From the NCBI GenBank assembly GCA_947476295.1, contig CANJQC010000001.1, positions 28,555 to 92,554 of the forward strand: 64,000 nucleotides of DNA, written 5' to 3'. Under the pieces are notes generated by a model. The model ran no database searches. It worked only from the letters and a program-made list of their open reading frames with translations, and was not told where the DNA came from. Positions within the stretch are counted from its first letter, which is position 1. Every line of letters begins with the position of its first letter. This DNA is from Planctomycetaceae bacterium. Lineage in GTDB: Bacteria; Planctomycetota; Planctomycetia; Planctomycetales; Planctomycetaceae. Positions 19,886 through 27,900 of this stretch are shown here, piece by piece. The position numbers and the translations under genes were made by a program.

Positions 19886-20812
19886 TCAAGGTCCGCCGTC
19901 GGATTCTTTCGCTGACGTGATAAAGTTGCACCACAGGCATTCGGTCTTGGTTTCCTTGATTTTACCGGATGATGCCTTGTTATCGATCAGGAACTCATGG
20001 CGGGTCCAGCCATGTCGCTGCTCCCACTGGGTATAGAGATGGCTGGGATAGCCACTGAGCATGAACTTCCCTGCAATTCCGGCTAGGACGTCCAGCAGCT
20101 CACGATGCTGAGCTTCCGTCATTTCGTAGGCATATTCCCCGGTTGTTGAGCGGGTTTCATGGACGTACGGCGGATCGCAATAGAACAGCGTATGCTCGCC
20201 GTCCTGCTTGCGGATGACGTCACAGGCACTTTGATTCAGGATCACGACATTCCGCAGACGTCGATGGACATCAGGCAGTCCTTCAATCACACCCAGCCAC
20301 GCATTCACCTGCTCGTTAATCCGCCCGCGAGTCCGGTTTCTGGACAGAGTTGCAAAATCCCTCATCAGTCCCTGCCTCGACTGCCGGGCGAGAATAAAAA
20401 ATCGAACAGCTCGCTCAACGCGGCTTGCGGACGTGCCGACACTCTCGGAATCCGTGCTGGCATTTGCATTGTTCCTGAATGCGTCTTCAAATTCCGCTTC
20501 ACTGAACGGCGTGAGTTCGACGCGTTGCCGAAAGGCTTCGAAGTCTTCGGGATCCTGCAGGACACGCCAAAAGTTGATCAATTCTCCATGGAGATCGTTG
20601 GCGACTTCGCTTCCGCCCTTCAAAGCCGCAGGCAGCTTCTTGTTGTCCGATGACAACATCCAGTCCCGATCCGGATCTCGGGCCAGCAGAACGCCTCCAC
20701 CGCCGAAGAACGGTTCCACATAATGCAGATGAGGCGGCATCAGCCCAACAATCCATTTCCGCAAATAGTACTTACCGCCGTGCCATTTAATGGGTTGAGT
20801 CAGAGCTGTCAT
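19886..20812 (-). CDS. D12-class N6-adenine DNA methyltransferase (Dam-like)
   Basis: KWHGGKYYL, the AdoMet motif EPFFGGGGV and the catalytic motif DPPY (FYCDPPYVHE). 308 aa. Confidence 0.9.
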   Translation of the reverse strand: MTALTQPIKWHGGKYYLRKWIVGLMPPHLHYVEPFFGGGGVLLARDPDRDWMLSSDNKKLPAALKGGSEVANDLHGELINFWRVLQDPEDFEAFRQRVELTPFSEAEFEDAFRNNANASTDSESVGTSASRVERAVRFFILARQSRQGLMRDFATLSRNRTRGRINEQVNAWLGVIEGLPDVHRRLRNVVILNQSACDVIRKQDGEHTLFYCDPPYVHETRSTTGEYAYEMTEAQHRELLDVLAGIAGKFMLSGYPSHLYTQWEQRHGWTRHEFLIDNKASSGKIKETKTECLWCNFITSAKESDGGP

Positions 20813-21078
20813 TCATTTCCTTCGGTCGCAGAAAAAATGCATCCAGGAGTCGCGTGGATGCCACGCCGAGAGTTGGTTGAAAACACCGGCGTAAATTCAG
20901 GGCCATCAAAGTCTTCGACCAATTGGAATCCGAATTCGTTGAGACGCTTTCTAGTCGAACCAATCCCTTTCAAGAAGCGATTAAAGGATACGCGAACGAA
21001 CTCAGAGATTGCTGGTTGCTTGTCTGATTCTTTCAGACAACATTTTCTTTCAGACAACATTCGCCCCCCCCAATGCAT
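20809..21078 (-). CDS. leader ORF of unknown function (83-89 aa), stop overlaps the methylase start
   Basis: ATGA overlap at 20809-20812. Two in-frame ATGs at 21078 and 21060. No domain recognised. The frame exists only because of a 17-nt tandem duplication, so coding status is uncertain. Confidence 0.35.
   Translation of the reverse strand: MHWGGRMLSERKCCLKESDKQPAISEFVRVSFNRFLKGIGSTRKRLNEFGFQLVEDFDGPEFTPVFSTNSRRGIHATPGCIFSATEGNE
21028..21071 (-). repeat. perfect 17-nt tandem duplication plus G8 homopolymer tract
   Basis: On the plus strand TTCTTTCAGACAACATT occurs twice, at 21028-21044 and 21045-21061. A C8 run follows at 21064-71. The minus strand reads ATG CAT TGG GGG GGG CGA (AATGTTGTCTGAAAGAA)x2. 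Confidence 0.9.
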
Positions 21079-21122
21079 GTCCTACGATGATAAGTGCAAT
21101 AGCGATTGCAACGGCTCAAATG

Positions 21123-21158
21123 CTTCCCGCGCGCGGGAAGGTGAAATTGTTACCTTCC
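21123..21158. promoter_or_regulatory. 18-nt perfect palindrome overlapping a second hairpin (candidate operator or RNA switch)
   Basis: CTTCCCGCG|CGCGGGAAG (21123-21140) is a perfect palindrome. GGAAGGT (21136-42) also pairs with ACCTTCC (21152-58). The two structures share GGAAG and are mutually exclusive. The site lies in the divergent region between the leader ORF and the Rieske gene. Confidence 0.3.
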
Positions 21159-21340
21159 TGCCTGTGAGAAAAGAAAGTGGCGTTGTTTCAGCCGCCTTGT
21201 CACTGCGAAACATGAGAGACAGAATCCCGATGCCTCTCCGTAAATCTCTATCCGCAAATCGCGGTCACCCAGGAAGCTGTGCAGTGAGCCCGTGGAAATG
21301 GATTCACAGTGCAGCCCCTTCTGATGGCTGGCAGGGTTGA

Positions 21341-22438
21341 ATGACTGATCCAAAGCCCTCAACAAATGACATCCTCGCGAAGATTCGCGCCAAAGCTGCT
21401 TCGGCGGCGGCGGCTGAATCCGGCGCTACTTCTGAAACACCGGCAGCACCGTCGGCTGTTGCAGCACCGTTGGCTGTTGCAACACCTGTTGGAAGTGCCG
21501 CACCTGCGGCCGCGCCGAAGAGCACCGCCGATATCATGGCAGCGGCACGCGCGGCGTCGAAGCCTGCTGCTGCGAAGGCCGGCAGTACTCCGGATATCTT
21601 AGCTGCAGCAAAGAAACCAGCCGGTGCTGCTCCGGCTGCTGGTGCTGCAGCTAAAAGCCCTGCAGATATTATGGCTGCAATTCGTGCCAAGGCGGGTGCG
21701 GCTCCTGCGGCATCGCCAGCGGCGGGCGGTTCAAGTGCAACTGTTGCAGTCCCAGCGGCAAAGATCGATCCTTCAAAGGCGGCTGGTTTGTCGGCTGCGG
21801 ATATGATTAAGGCAGCTCGGACAGCATCTGATGGTTCGCCGAAGGCACCTCCGAAGGTTGTGCTGCCGTCAAAGCCGCTGCCGGGGAAAGCTGCCGCTGC
21901 GAAGACGGCACCTGAAATTGGCCGACGAAGTATGCTGGCCGTTGTGGTTAGTGCGGTCTGTACATGGGTGGTGCTGGCATGGACGTCGATGATTGCGGCA
22001 TCCGTTGTCAGTCTGCTGGCTACGGCTCGATTTATGATGCCGAACGTGCTGGTCGAGCCACCAACGAAATTTAAAATCGGCCCGCCTAATGATTATGCTC
22101 CGGGGACTGTATCCACCAAGTGGCAGGCTCAATTTAACATCTGGGTAGTGAATGCCGAAGTAGATGGGGCTCAGGTGATTTACGCACTGAGTACCGTTTG
22201 TACGCATCTTGGCTGCACTCCAAACTGGCTCGAAGGCGAGCAGAAATTCAAGTGTCCATGTCATGGCTCAGGCTTTTACAAGAGCGGCGTGAATTTTGAA
22301 GGTCCAGCTCCTCGTCCGCTTGAGAGAGTTGGTTTCCGATTGGCAGAAGACGGAATGCTGGAAGTTGACAAGAGCGTCAAGTTCCAGAAAGAACTCGGCC
22401 AGTGGGCCAACTCAGCGTCATTTGTGGGTGTGACGTAG
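21341..22438 (+). CDS. Rieske [2Fe-2S] subunit of a cytochrome bc/b6f-type complex with a ~190-aa Ala/Pro-rich N-terminal extension
   Basis: Cluster-binding boxes CTHLGC and CPCHGS. RR motif followed by a TM helix (IGRRSMLAVVV...). The N-terminal low-complexity region carries 5 copies of a D[IM][LMI]A..[RK] motif. Confidence 0.9.
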   Translation: MTDPKPSTNDILAKIRAKAASAAAAESGATSETPAAPSAVAAPLAVATPVGSAAPAAAPKSTADIMAAARAASKPAAAKAGSTPDILAAAKKPAGAAPAAGAAAKSPADIMAAIRAKAGAAPAASPAAGGSSATVAVPAAKIDPSKAAGLSAADMIKAARTASDGSPKAPPKVVLPSKPLPGKAAAAKTAPEIGRRSMLAVVVSAVCTWVVLAWTSMIAASVVSLLATARFMMPNVLVEPPTKFKIGPPNDYAPGTVSTKWQAQFNIWVVNAEVDGAQVIYALSTVCTHLGCTPNWLEGEQKFKCPCHGSGFYKSGVNFEGPAPRPLERVGFRLAEDGMLEVDKSVKFQKELGQWANSASFVGVT

Positions 22439-22458
22439 GTTGCGTTTCGTCCTGTTTT

Positions 22459-22560
22459 CCTACTCTTAATCTTAATCTTACTCTTAATCCTAATCGGTTT
22501 GCCGTCTTGGTCGATTGGCGGGAACCGAGTAAGAGTAGGAGTAGGATTAAGATTATTAGG
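22459..22560. repeat. inverted arrays of hexamer repeats forming a long imperfect hairpin
   Basis: Left arm TACTCT TAATCT TAATCT TACTCT TAATCC TAATC. Right arm GAGTAA GAGTAG GAGTAG GATTAA GATTAT TAGG. A roughly 31-nt spacer separates them, itself closed by CGGTT/AACCG. The region is AT-rich relative to its flanks. Confidence 0.8.
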
Positions 22561-22625
22561 CGAGCGGCAATGTGCTGGGGTAGCGGACTTCGGTTTGTGA
22601 GTGTTGTTTTTAGAGGGTCTACAAG

Positions 22626-23399
22626 GTGTCTGTCGGCGACTACATTCGTAACTCACAGATCTGGAAAAGTGTTTTTCGGCATCCCGCACCTACGGACCGA
22701 CGTAACCGCGTCGTGGTGATGTTGACTAACTTTTTCCTGCATTTGCATCCCGTGTCTATCAAGCAACAGGGAATCGCGCTGTCCTACACATGGTGTATGG
22801 GTGGCATTACGTTTTTCCTGTTCTTGGTGGAAACGATTACTGGCGTGCTGCTGATGTTTTACTATCGGCCCACACTGGAGTGGGCTTTTTACGACATTCA
22901 GGCGTTACGCGATGTGCAGACACTGGGGATCATGCGTGAGATACATCGCTGGGCTGCCCATGCGATGGTCATCACCGTATGGCTGCACATGTATCGTGTG
23001 TTTCTGACGGGCAGTTATAAACCGCCACGTGAGTTCAATTGGGTCATTGGTGTGCTGTTGCTGGTGTTAACGCTGCTTTTGTCATTTACGGGTTATCTGC
23101 TGCCGTGGGACCAATTGGCGATCTGGGCTATTACCGTCGGTTCCAATATGGCCAAGGCAACGCCAGGTTTAGGAACGGAAGGTCCGGGGTTCCAGTTGTT
23201 TAACACAAGCGGCTATGAGTTGATTACGAATGCTTCAGACGCCAAATTCCTGTTACTCGGTGGTCGATTCGTTGGTGAAGCAACGTTGAATCGCTTCTAT
23301 ATTCTGCATTGCGTGGCAATTCCATTGGTCGTGAGCGGTTTGATCGCGATCCACTTCTGGCGTGTTCGCAAAGACGGTGGTATCAGTCAACCGTTGTAA
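22626..23399 (+). CDS. cytochrome b (b6-like N-terminal haem-binding domain)
   Basis: 257 aa with a GTG start. Contains FFLHLHP, ETITGVLLMFYY and REIHRWAAHAMV, typical of the cytochrome b/b6 four-helix core. Confidence 0.85.
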   Translation: MSVGDYIRNSQIWKSVFRHPAPTDRRNRVVVMLTNFFLHLHPVSIKQQGIALSYTWCMGGITFFLFLVETITGVLLMFYYRPTLEWAFYDIQALRDVQTLGIMREIHRWAAHAMVITVWLHMYRVFLTGSYKPPREFNWVIGVLLLVLTLLLSFTGYLLPWDQLAIWAITVGSNMAKATPGLGTEGPGFQLFNTSGYELITNASDAKFLLLGGRFVGEATLNRFYILHCVAIPLVVSGLIAIHFWRVRKDGGISQPL

Positions 23400-23403
23400 G
23401 GTT

Positions 23404-23493
23404 ATCCCAATAAGGGGTCTGACCCTTGTTAGGGCAAGTTGAATTGTGTTGATAGATTTGTCTCACCGGAGAGGGTCAGACCCCTTTTTGGAT
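23404..23493. repeat. REP-like palindromic element, copy 1 (terminator-like)
   Basis: AAGGGGTCTGACCCT (from 23412) and its exact reverse complement AGGGTCAGACCCCTT lie about 45 nt apart, followed by TTTTT. It is homologous to the element at 36175-36260. Confidence 0.8.
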
Positions 23494-23539
23494 AGCCATC
23501 CTGTTTCGTGTCTGGTGTTCTCTTCGCCGGGTTTAGTCA

Positions 23540-24859
23540 ATGTTGAATCCTCATCCCGATCTGACAGCCAGCGTTCTGATCGGCCTCGGCTGGTACTATC
23601 TGATTCTGTTCGGCATGAATCTGCTATGGACAATCCGCAGTTACAAACATGACGGCGAATTCAGGAATGGGGTCCCAAAGGCCGCGTTTTGGGCCGTGGT
23701 CACATCCATTCTGCTGATGACGTCAGCTTATCACTTCACATATCCGCCGGACGGTTTTCTGATTGAGATGCCGTTGTGGTTCAAAGACTTCTTCAACGCT
23801 TGGTTTTCCAATCCGGTTCTGTACTTCTTTCTGTCCATTGCTGGCCTAGTCTTTATGATCGGGGCTCGTGAATGGTGGACAAAGCCGACCGTCGCTTGGG
23901 TGCTGCTGAATCTGTCTCTGTTGTTTATGGGTCTGAGCCTGACAGACTATGACTTCAGGCAGATTGTCGGGAAGCCGGACAACGTACCGATCGTGGCGAT
24001 GCTCTTCATCGTGGCTTTCTTCACTTGGATATACTTTACGCGGGCGGTCGACAACGATCGACGAATTGCTGAAGGTCGCCCGCTGTTCGAGCAGGAAGAC
24101 AATGAAAAGGTTCTTGTGTGGCCGGATCTGGTTTACACAGAATTGATCTGCATGGTGGTTCTGACCGCCGTACTGATTTTCTGGGGGATCGCCTTGCAGG
24201 CACCTCTGGAAGAACCTGCATCGTCAATGAAGACACCGAATCCATCGAAGGCACCGTGGTATTTTCTGGGCCTTCAGGAAATGCTGGTATATTTCGACCC
24301 GTGGTTGGCGGGTGTGGTCTTGCCGAGCATCATTCTCGGTGGCTTGATGGCAGTGCCTTACATCGACTTCAACAGACGGGGGAACGGATACTACTCGTTC
24401 AAGGAGAGGTCATTCGCGGTTACGACATATCTGTTCGGGTTTCTGCCGCTGTGGGTGGCGTTGATCGTTTTGGGAACGTTTTTGCGTGGCCCGAACTGGA
24501 ACTTCTTCGGAATCTACGAATATTGGGATGTCCATAAGGTAGTTGCTGCTAACAATGTAAATCTCAGCGAGATATTTTGGCCGTTCTTTGGTGGAATTCC
24601 AAAGGGGTCAGGAGTTTTGGATATCGGGTGGCGCGAATCTCCGGGGATTCTGCTGGTCGTTGGCTATTTTGCGGTGTTGCCGCCAATTCTGGGGCTGACG
24701 GTGCTTCGGAAGTATTTCGCGCGGATGGGTGTGATTCGGTTTCTTGTGTTTTCAAATCTCATCCTGTGGATGGCGATTCTTCCGATCAAGATGCTGCTTC
24801 GCTGGGCGTTTGCGTTGAAGTACATCGTGGGGATTCCAGAGTATTTTTTCAATATCTGA
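23540..24859 (+). CDS. cytochrome b C-terminal domain protein (subunit IV-like) with extra transmembrane helices
   Basis: 439-aa polytopic membrane protein. PSKAPWYFLGLQEML corresponds to the PEWY-type quinol-site motif of cytochrome b C-terminal / PetD proteins. Confidence 0.75.
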   Translation: MLNPHPDLTASVLIGLGWYYLILFGMNLLWTIRSYKHDGEFRNGVPKAAFWAVVTSILLMTSAYHFTYPPDGFLIEMPLWFKDFFNAWFSNPVLYFFLSIAGLVFMIGAREWWTKPTVAWVLLNLSLLFMGLSLTDYDFRQIVGKPDNVPIVAMLFIVAFFTWIYFTRAVDNDRRIAEGRPLFEQEDNEKVLVWPDLVYTELICMVVLTAVLIFWGIALQAPLEEPASSMKTPNPSKAPWYFLGLQEMLVYFDPWLAGVVLPSIILGGLMAVPYIDFNRRGNGYYSFKERSFAVTTYLFGFLPLWVALIVLGTFLRGPNWNFFGIYEYWDVHKVVAANNVNLSEIFWPFFGGIPKGSGVLDIGWRESPGILLVVGYFAVLPPILGLTVLRKYFARMGVIRFLVFSNLILWMAILPIKMLLRWAFALKYIVGIPEYFFNI

Positions 24860-24933
24860 GGCTGGCAGTTGCCTGTGTCAGTTTTTTAGTGTTTGTAATC
24901 TGCTGAGGACGGGCGAAATGCCCAGCCAGAGTT

Positions 24934-27900
24934 ATGCCAGCAAATGATACATATTGGTGGAATCAGAAGACGCTGAACATCGTCTTTGCCCTCAGCAGTT
25001 TCGTGATGCTGCTGTCCGTGATCCTGATGATGCAAAAGGATCATGACGACGAATGGCGTCCGATTCAGCGTAAGAATTTTCAGTTGGAAGCAAAGATCGA
25101 CGAAGTTCAGTTGACGGCGATTGAGGATGATACTTTCAAAGCTCAGACAGGAGCATTGCAGCAGCAGATCGGTGCGTCAGCGGCGGCTTTAAAAAAAACA
25201 AAGGCGGAGCCGGGGAACGCCGAATTATTTTCAACGCTGGATGCGCAGCAGCGTGTTGTTGATCGGCTGGAAGTGGATTTGAAATCTAAGAACGCTCTCC
25301 GAGATGAGGCGCGTGCAGTTTACGACTTGGGCGTGCGTGATGCGCTGCCAGCCGATGCGGCGACTCAGAGCATGGCGTTTTTTGAATCGCGGCAGCAGAT
25401 CTGTGATGAGGCTCAAAGTGAACTCGAAAAAGCCAAGGTCCAATTGGCAGAAGCAGCTGGAAAGACAAAGCAGATCACCAAGGAACATGATGTTCTGGTC
25501 GCCAAGTACGAAAAAATGACGAAGGACGCGGCTCGTGTCGAGGCATCGCTGGAGAAGATTCAACCGACATCGCTGATCTCCAGAATGAAGCGTTCCATGA
25601 TGGAAATGCCCATTATTGACGGTTTCAATTCGCCTTTAAAAATCGTTCAGGATTGGATGCCAAAACTGCGGCAAACCCTAGGAATGGCCAAGATCGCGCG
25701 TTTTGATCGATGCCGTACGTGCCACCAGAACATCGACAAGACGGCAACGGGAGGTTTCCCCGCGTTTCCTGCAGGTCATCCTTCAGGTGAAAGTGTCGCG
25801 ACATGGGTCAGCGAAAACAAATTTCCTCAGCCCTATGCCACCCATTCTAATACTGAACTCTTTTGCACGGCGTCCAGTCCGCATCCTGTCGCAAAATTCG
25901 GTTGCACGATTTGTCATGACGGTCAGGGTTCGGGCACCAGTTTCGGTAACGCAGAACATACGCCGGACAATCCGCATCTGGCCGATGTCTGGCACGAAGA
26001 GTACGGCTATCACGCCAATCACTTCTGGGAGTACCCGATGCAGCCAACCCGCTTTGCGGAATCAACCTGCATCAAGTGCCATCATGGCATGACTGAACTC
26101 GGTGTGAATCCAAAATTCGGTGCGTCGGCCCCGAAGGCATTCAAAGGTTATCAGCTCATTCAGAAGTACGGGTGCTTCGGTTGCCATGAGATGAACGGGT
26201 ATGATGCCGGAGTTGCCATCGGTCCGGATCTTCGCCTTGAACCACAGACCGAAGAAGATCTCGCTCGAATCGCAACTGATCCAACTCAGGTCGCTGGCAA
26301 GTACCGCAAAGTGGGTCCAAGTCTGCGGCATATCGCGTCGAAGACGACGTCATCATGGATCCAGTACTGGACCGAGATTCCATCCCGGTTCCGTCCAACG
26401 ACAAAGATGCCTCAGTTCTTCAATCAGTCTGAACACTTGTCTGAGGCCGATGCGGCACACACGAAAGGGCTCGAAACCATTGAGTTGGCTGGTATCGCCA
26501 ATGTGCTGCTCGCCAATTCCCAGCCAATTGATCTGCTGAAGCCTGTCGAAGGTTATGCGGCAAACGCAGAGCGTGGCAAGAAATTTTTCACTGAACGTGG
26601 TTGTTTGGCATGTCACCAGCATGGTGCAGTTCCGGGAACAACGGCAGACTTCGCACCGAACATCAGCGACATTCATCTGAAAATTAAGCGCAACCCCGAC
26701 AATCCAGCGTTCAGCAATTGGCTCTACACCTGGATTCGCGAACCGCAGCGTTATCACGCTCGCACAAAGATGCCGAATCTGTTCCTTGATGCCTACAAAG
26801 ACGTCGATGGAGCGACTCAGATCGATCCTGCTGCCGACATCACGGCGTTTCTTCTGAGTCAGGGTCCGCCGGGTGAATTTCCAGTCGGCGAAGTCGATAC
26901 TGTTGAGCTGGATAATCTGGTGAGCCTGTTTCTGCGGAAAGGCCGTTTTAGTAGAGAAGCAGCGGAGAACATTGTCTCAACCGGGGCGTTTCCTCAGAAG
27001 AAGGCTGACGTTGTTGGTGACGAGGTAGTACTGGCGTCGGAAGATGGTTCTCCGGCTACCGATGTGGCAGAATGGTATAATCGCAAGCTGGCATTTGTGG
27101 GTCGCAAGACGATAAGCCGCTACGGCTGTTATGCGTGTCATGACATGCCGGGCTTTGAATCGGCTCGTCCGATCGGTGTGGCTCTGCAGGACTGGGGTCG
27201 CAAAGATACCAGCAAACTGGGCTTCGAACATGTCGAAGAATTCCTCCATCATCATGGAGAGCCGGCTGGCGGCAAATTTTCATCAACGCTTGAACGCGTT
27301 GAAGAGGCAAGTGCCGCGATGGCAGCAGGACAGGACAAGAACGGCGATATGACTCCGGAAGAAGTGGAACGTGAAATGTCCACCGCATTCTTCTTTGACA
27401 GCCTGCAGCATCACGGACGGCCTGGATTTATCTGGCAGAAGCTGCGAGGGCCTCGCACGTACGATTATGAAAAGACAGAAACCAAGGGCTACGACGAACG
27501 TCTGAGGATGCCAAAATTTCCACTGAAGGAAGATGAGATCGAAGCTATCGCCACGTTTGTCCTAGGCTTGATCGCTGAACCACCGGCTCCGGAGTACGTC
27601 TACACACCTGATGAACGTGCAAAGAATCGCTTGGAAGGCGAATTCCTACTGGCGAAGTACAACTGCACGGGTTGCCATGTTGTCGGCCTGCCGCAGGTGA
27701 CATTTGCCACGAAGCTCGACGATATCACGGCCACAGAGATGACACCCGCAGACCATGAGAATGGTCTGGCAATGCTGCTGAAGTTGCGACCACCACATCA
27801 GGCACTGACGGGTGAAGATCGCTCGTATGTCGTTGATGAAGAAAAAGTCACACTTCAGATTGCCAGACTGCATGGATTTATTGCTTCAAAGCCGGATCTC

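Noticed and set aside
14262-21078. Idea that 14.3-21.1 kb is a discrete genomic island or prophage remnant.
   Set aside because: Apart from the transposase tail there is no integrase, tRNA, direct-repeat boundary or phage structural gene. Base composition looked similar to the flanks by eye. I keep it only as a weak context remark in the findings.
21304-21690. 128-aa poly-Ala ORF on the minus strand, plus Leu/Arg-rich plus-strand ORFs (21366-21602 and 21624-21806), all over the Rieske N-terminal region.
   Set aside because: These are alternative-frame readings of GCN-rich low-complexity DNA. The plus-strand frame continues uninterrupted into the Rieske cluster-binding domain.
22459-22560. 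Possibility that the hexamer repeat region is a CRISPR array or a coding LNLNLTLNPN repeat peptide.
   Set aside because: The repeat units are 6 nt with no spacers, the two arrays are inverted rather than direct, and no cas genes are present. The ORFs crossing it (22276-22689 and 22402-22719) have no start context or plausible composition.
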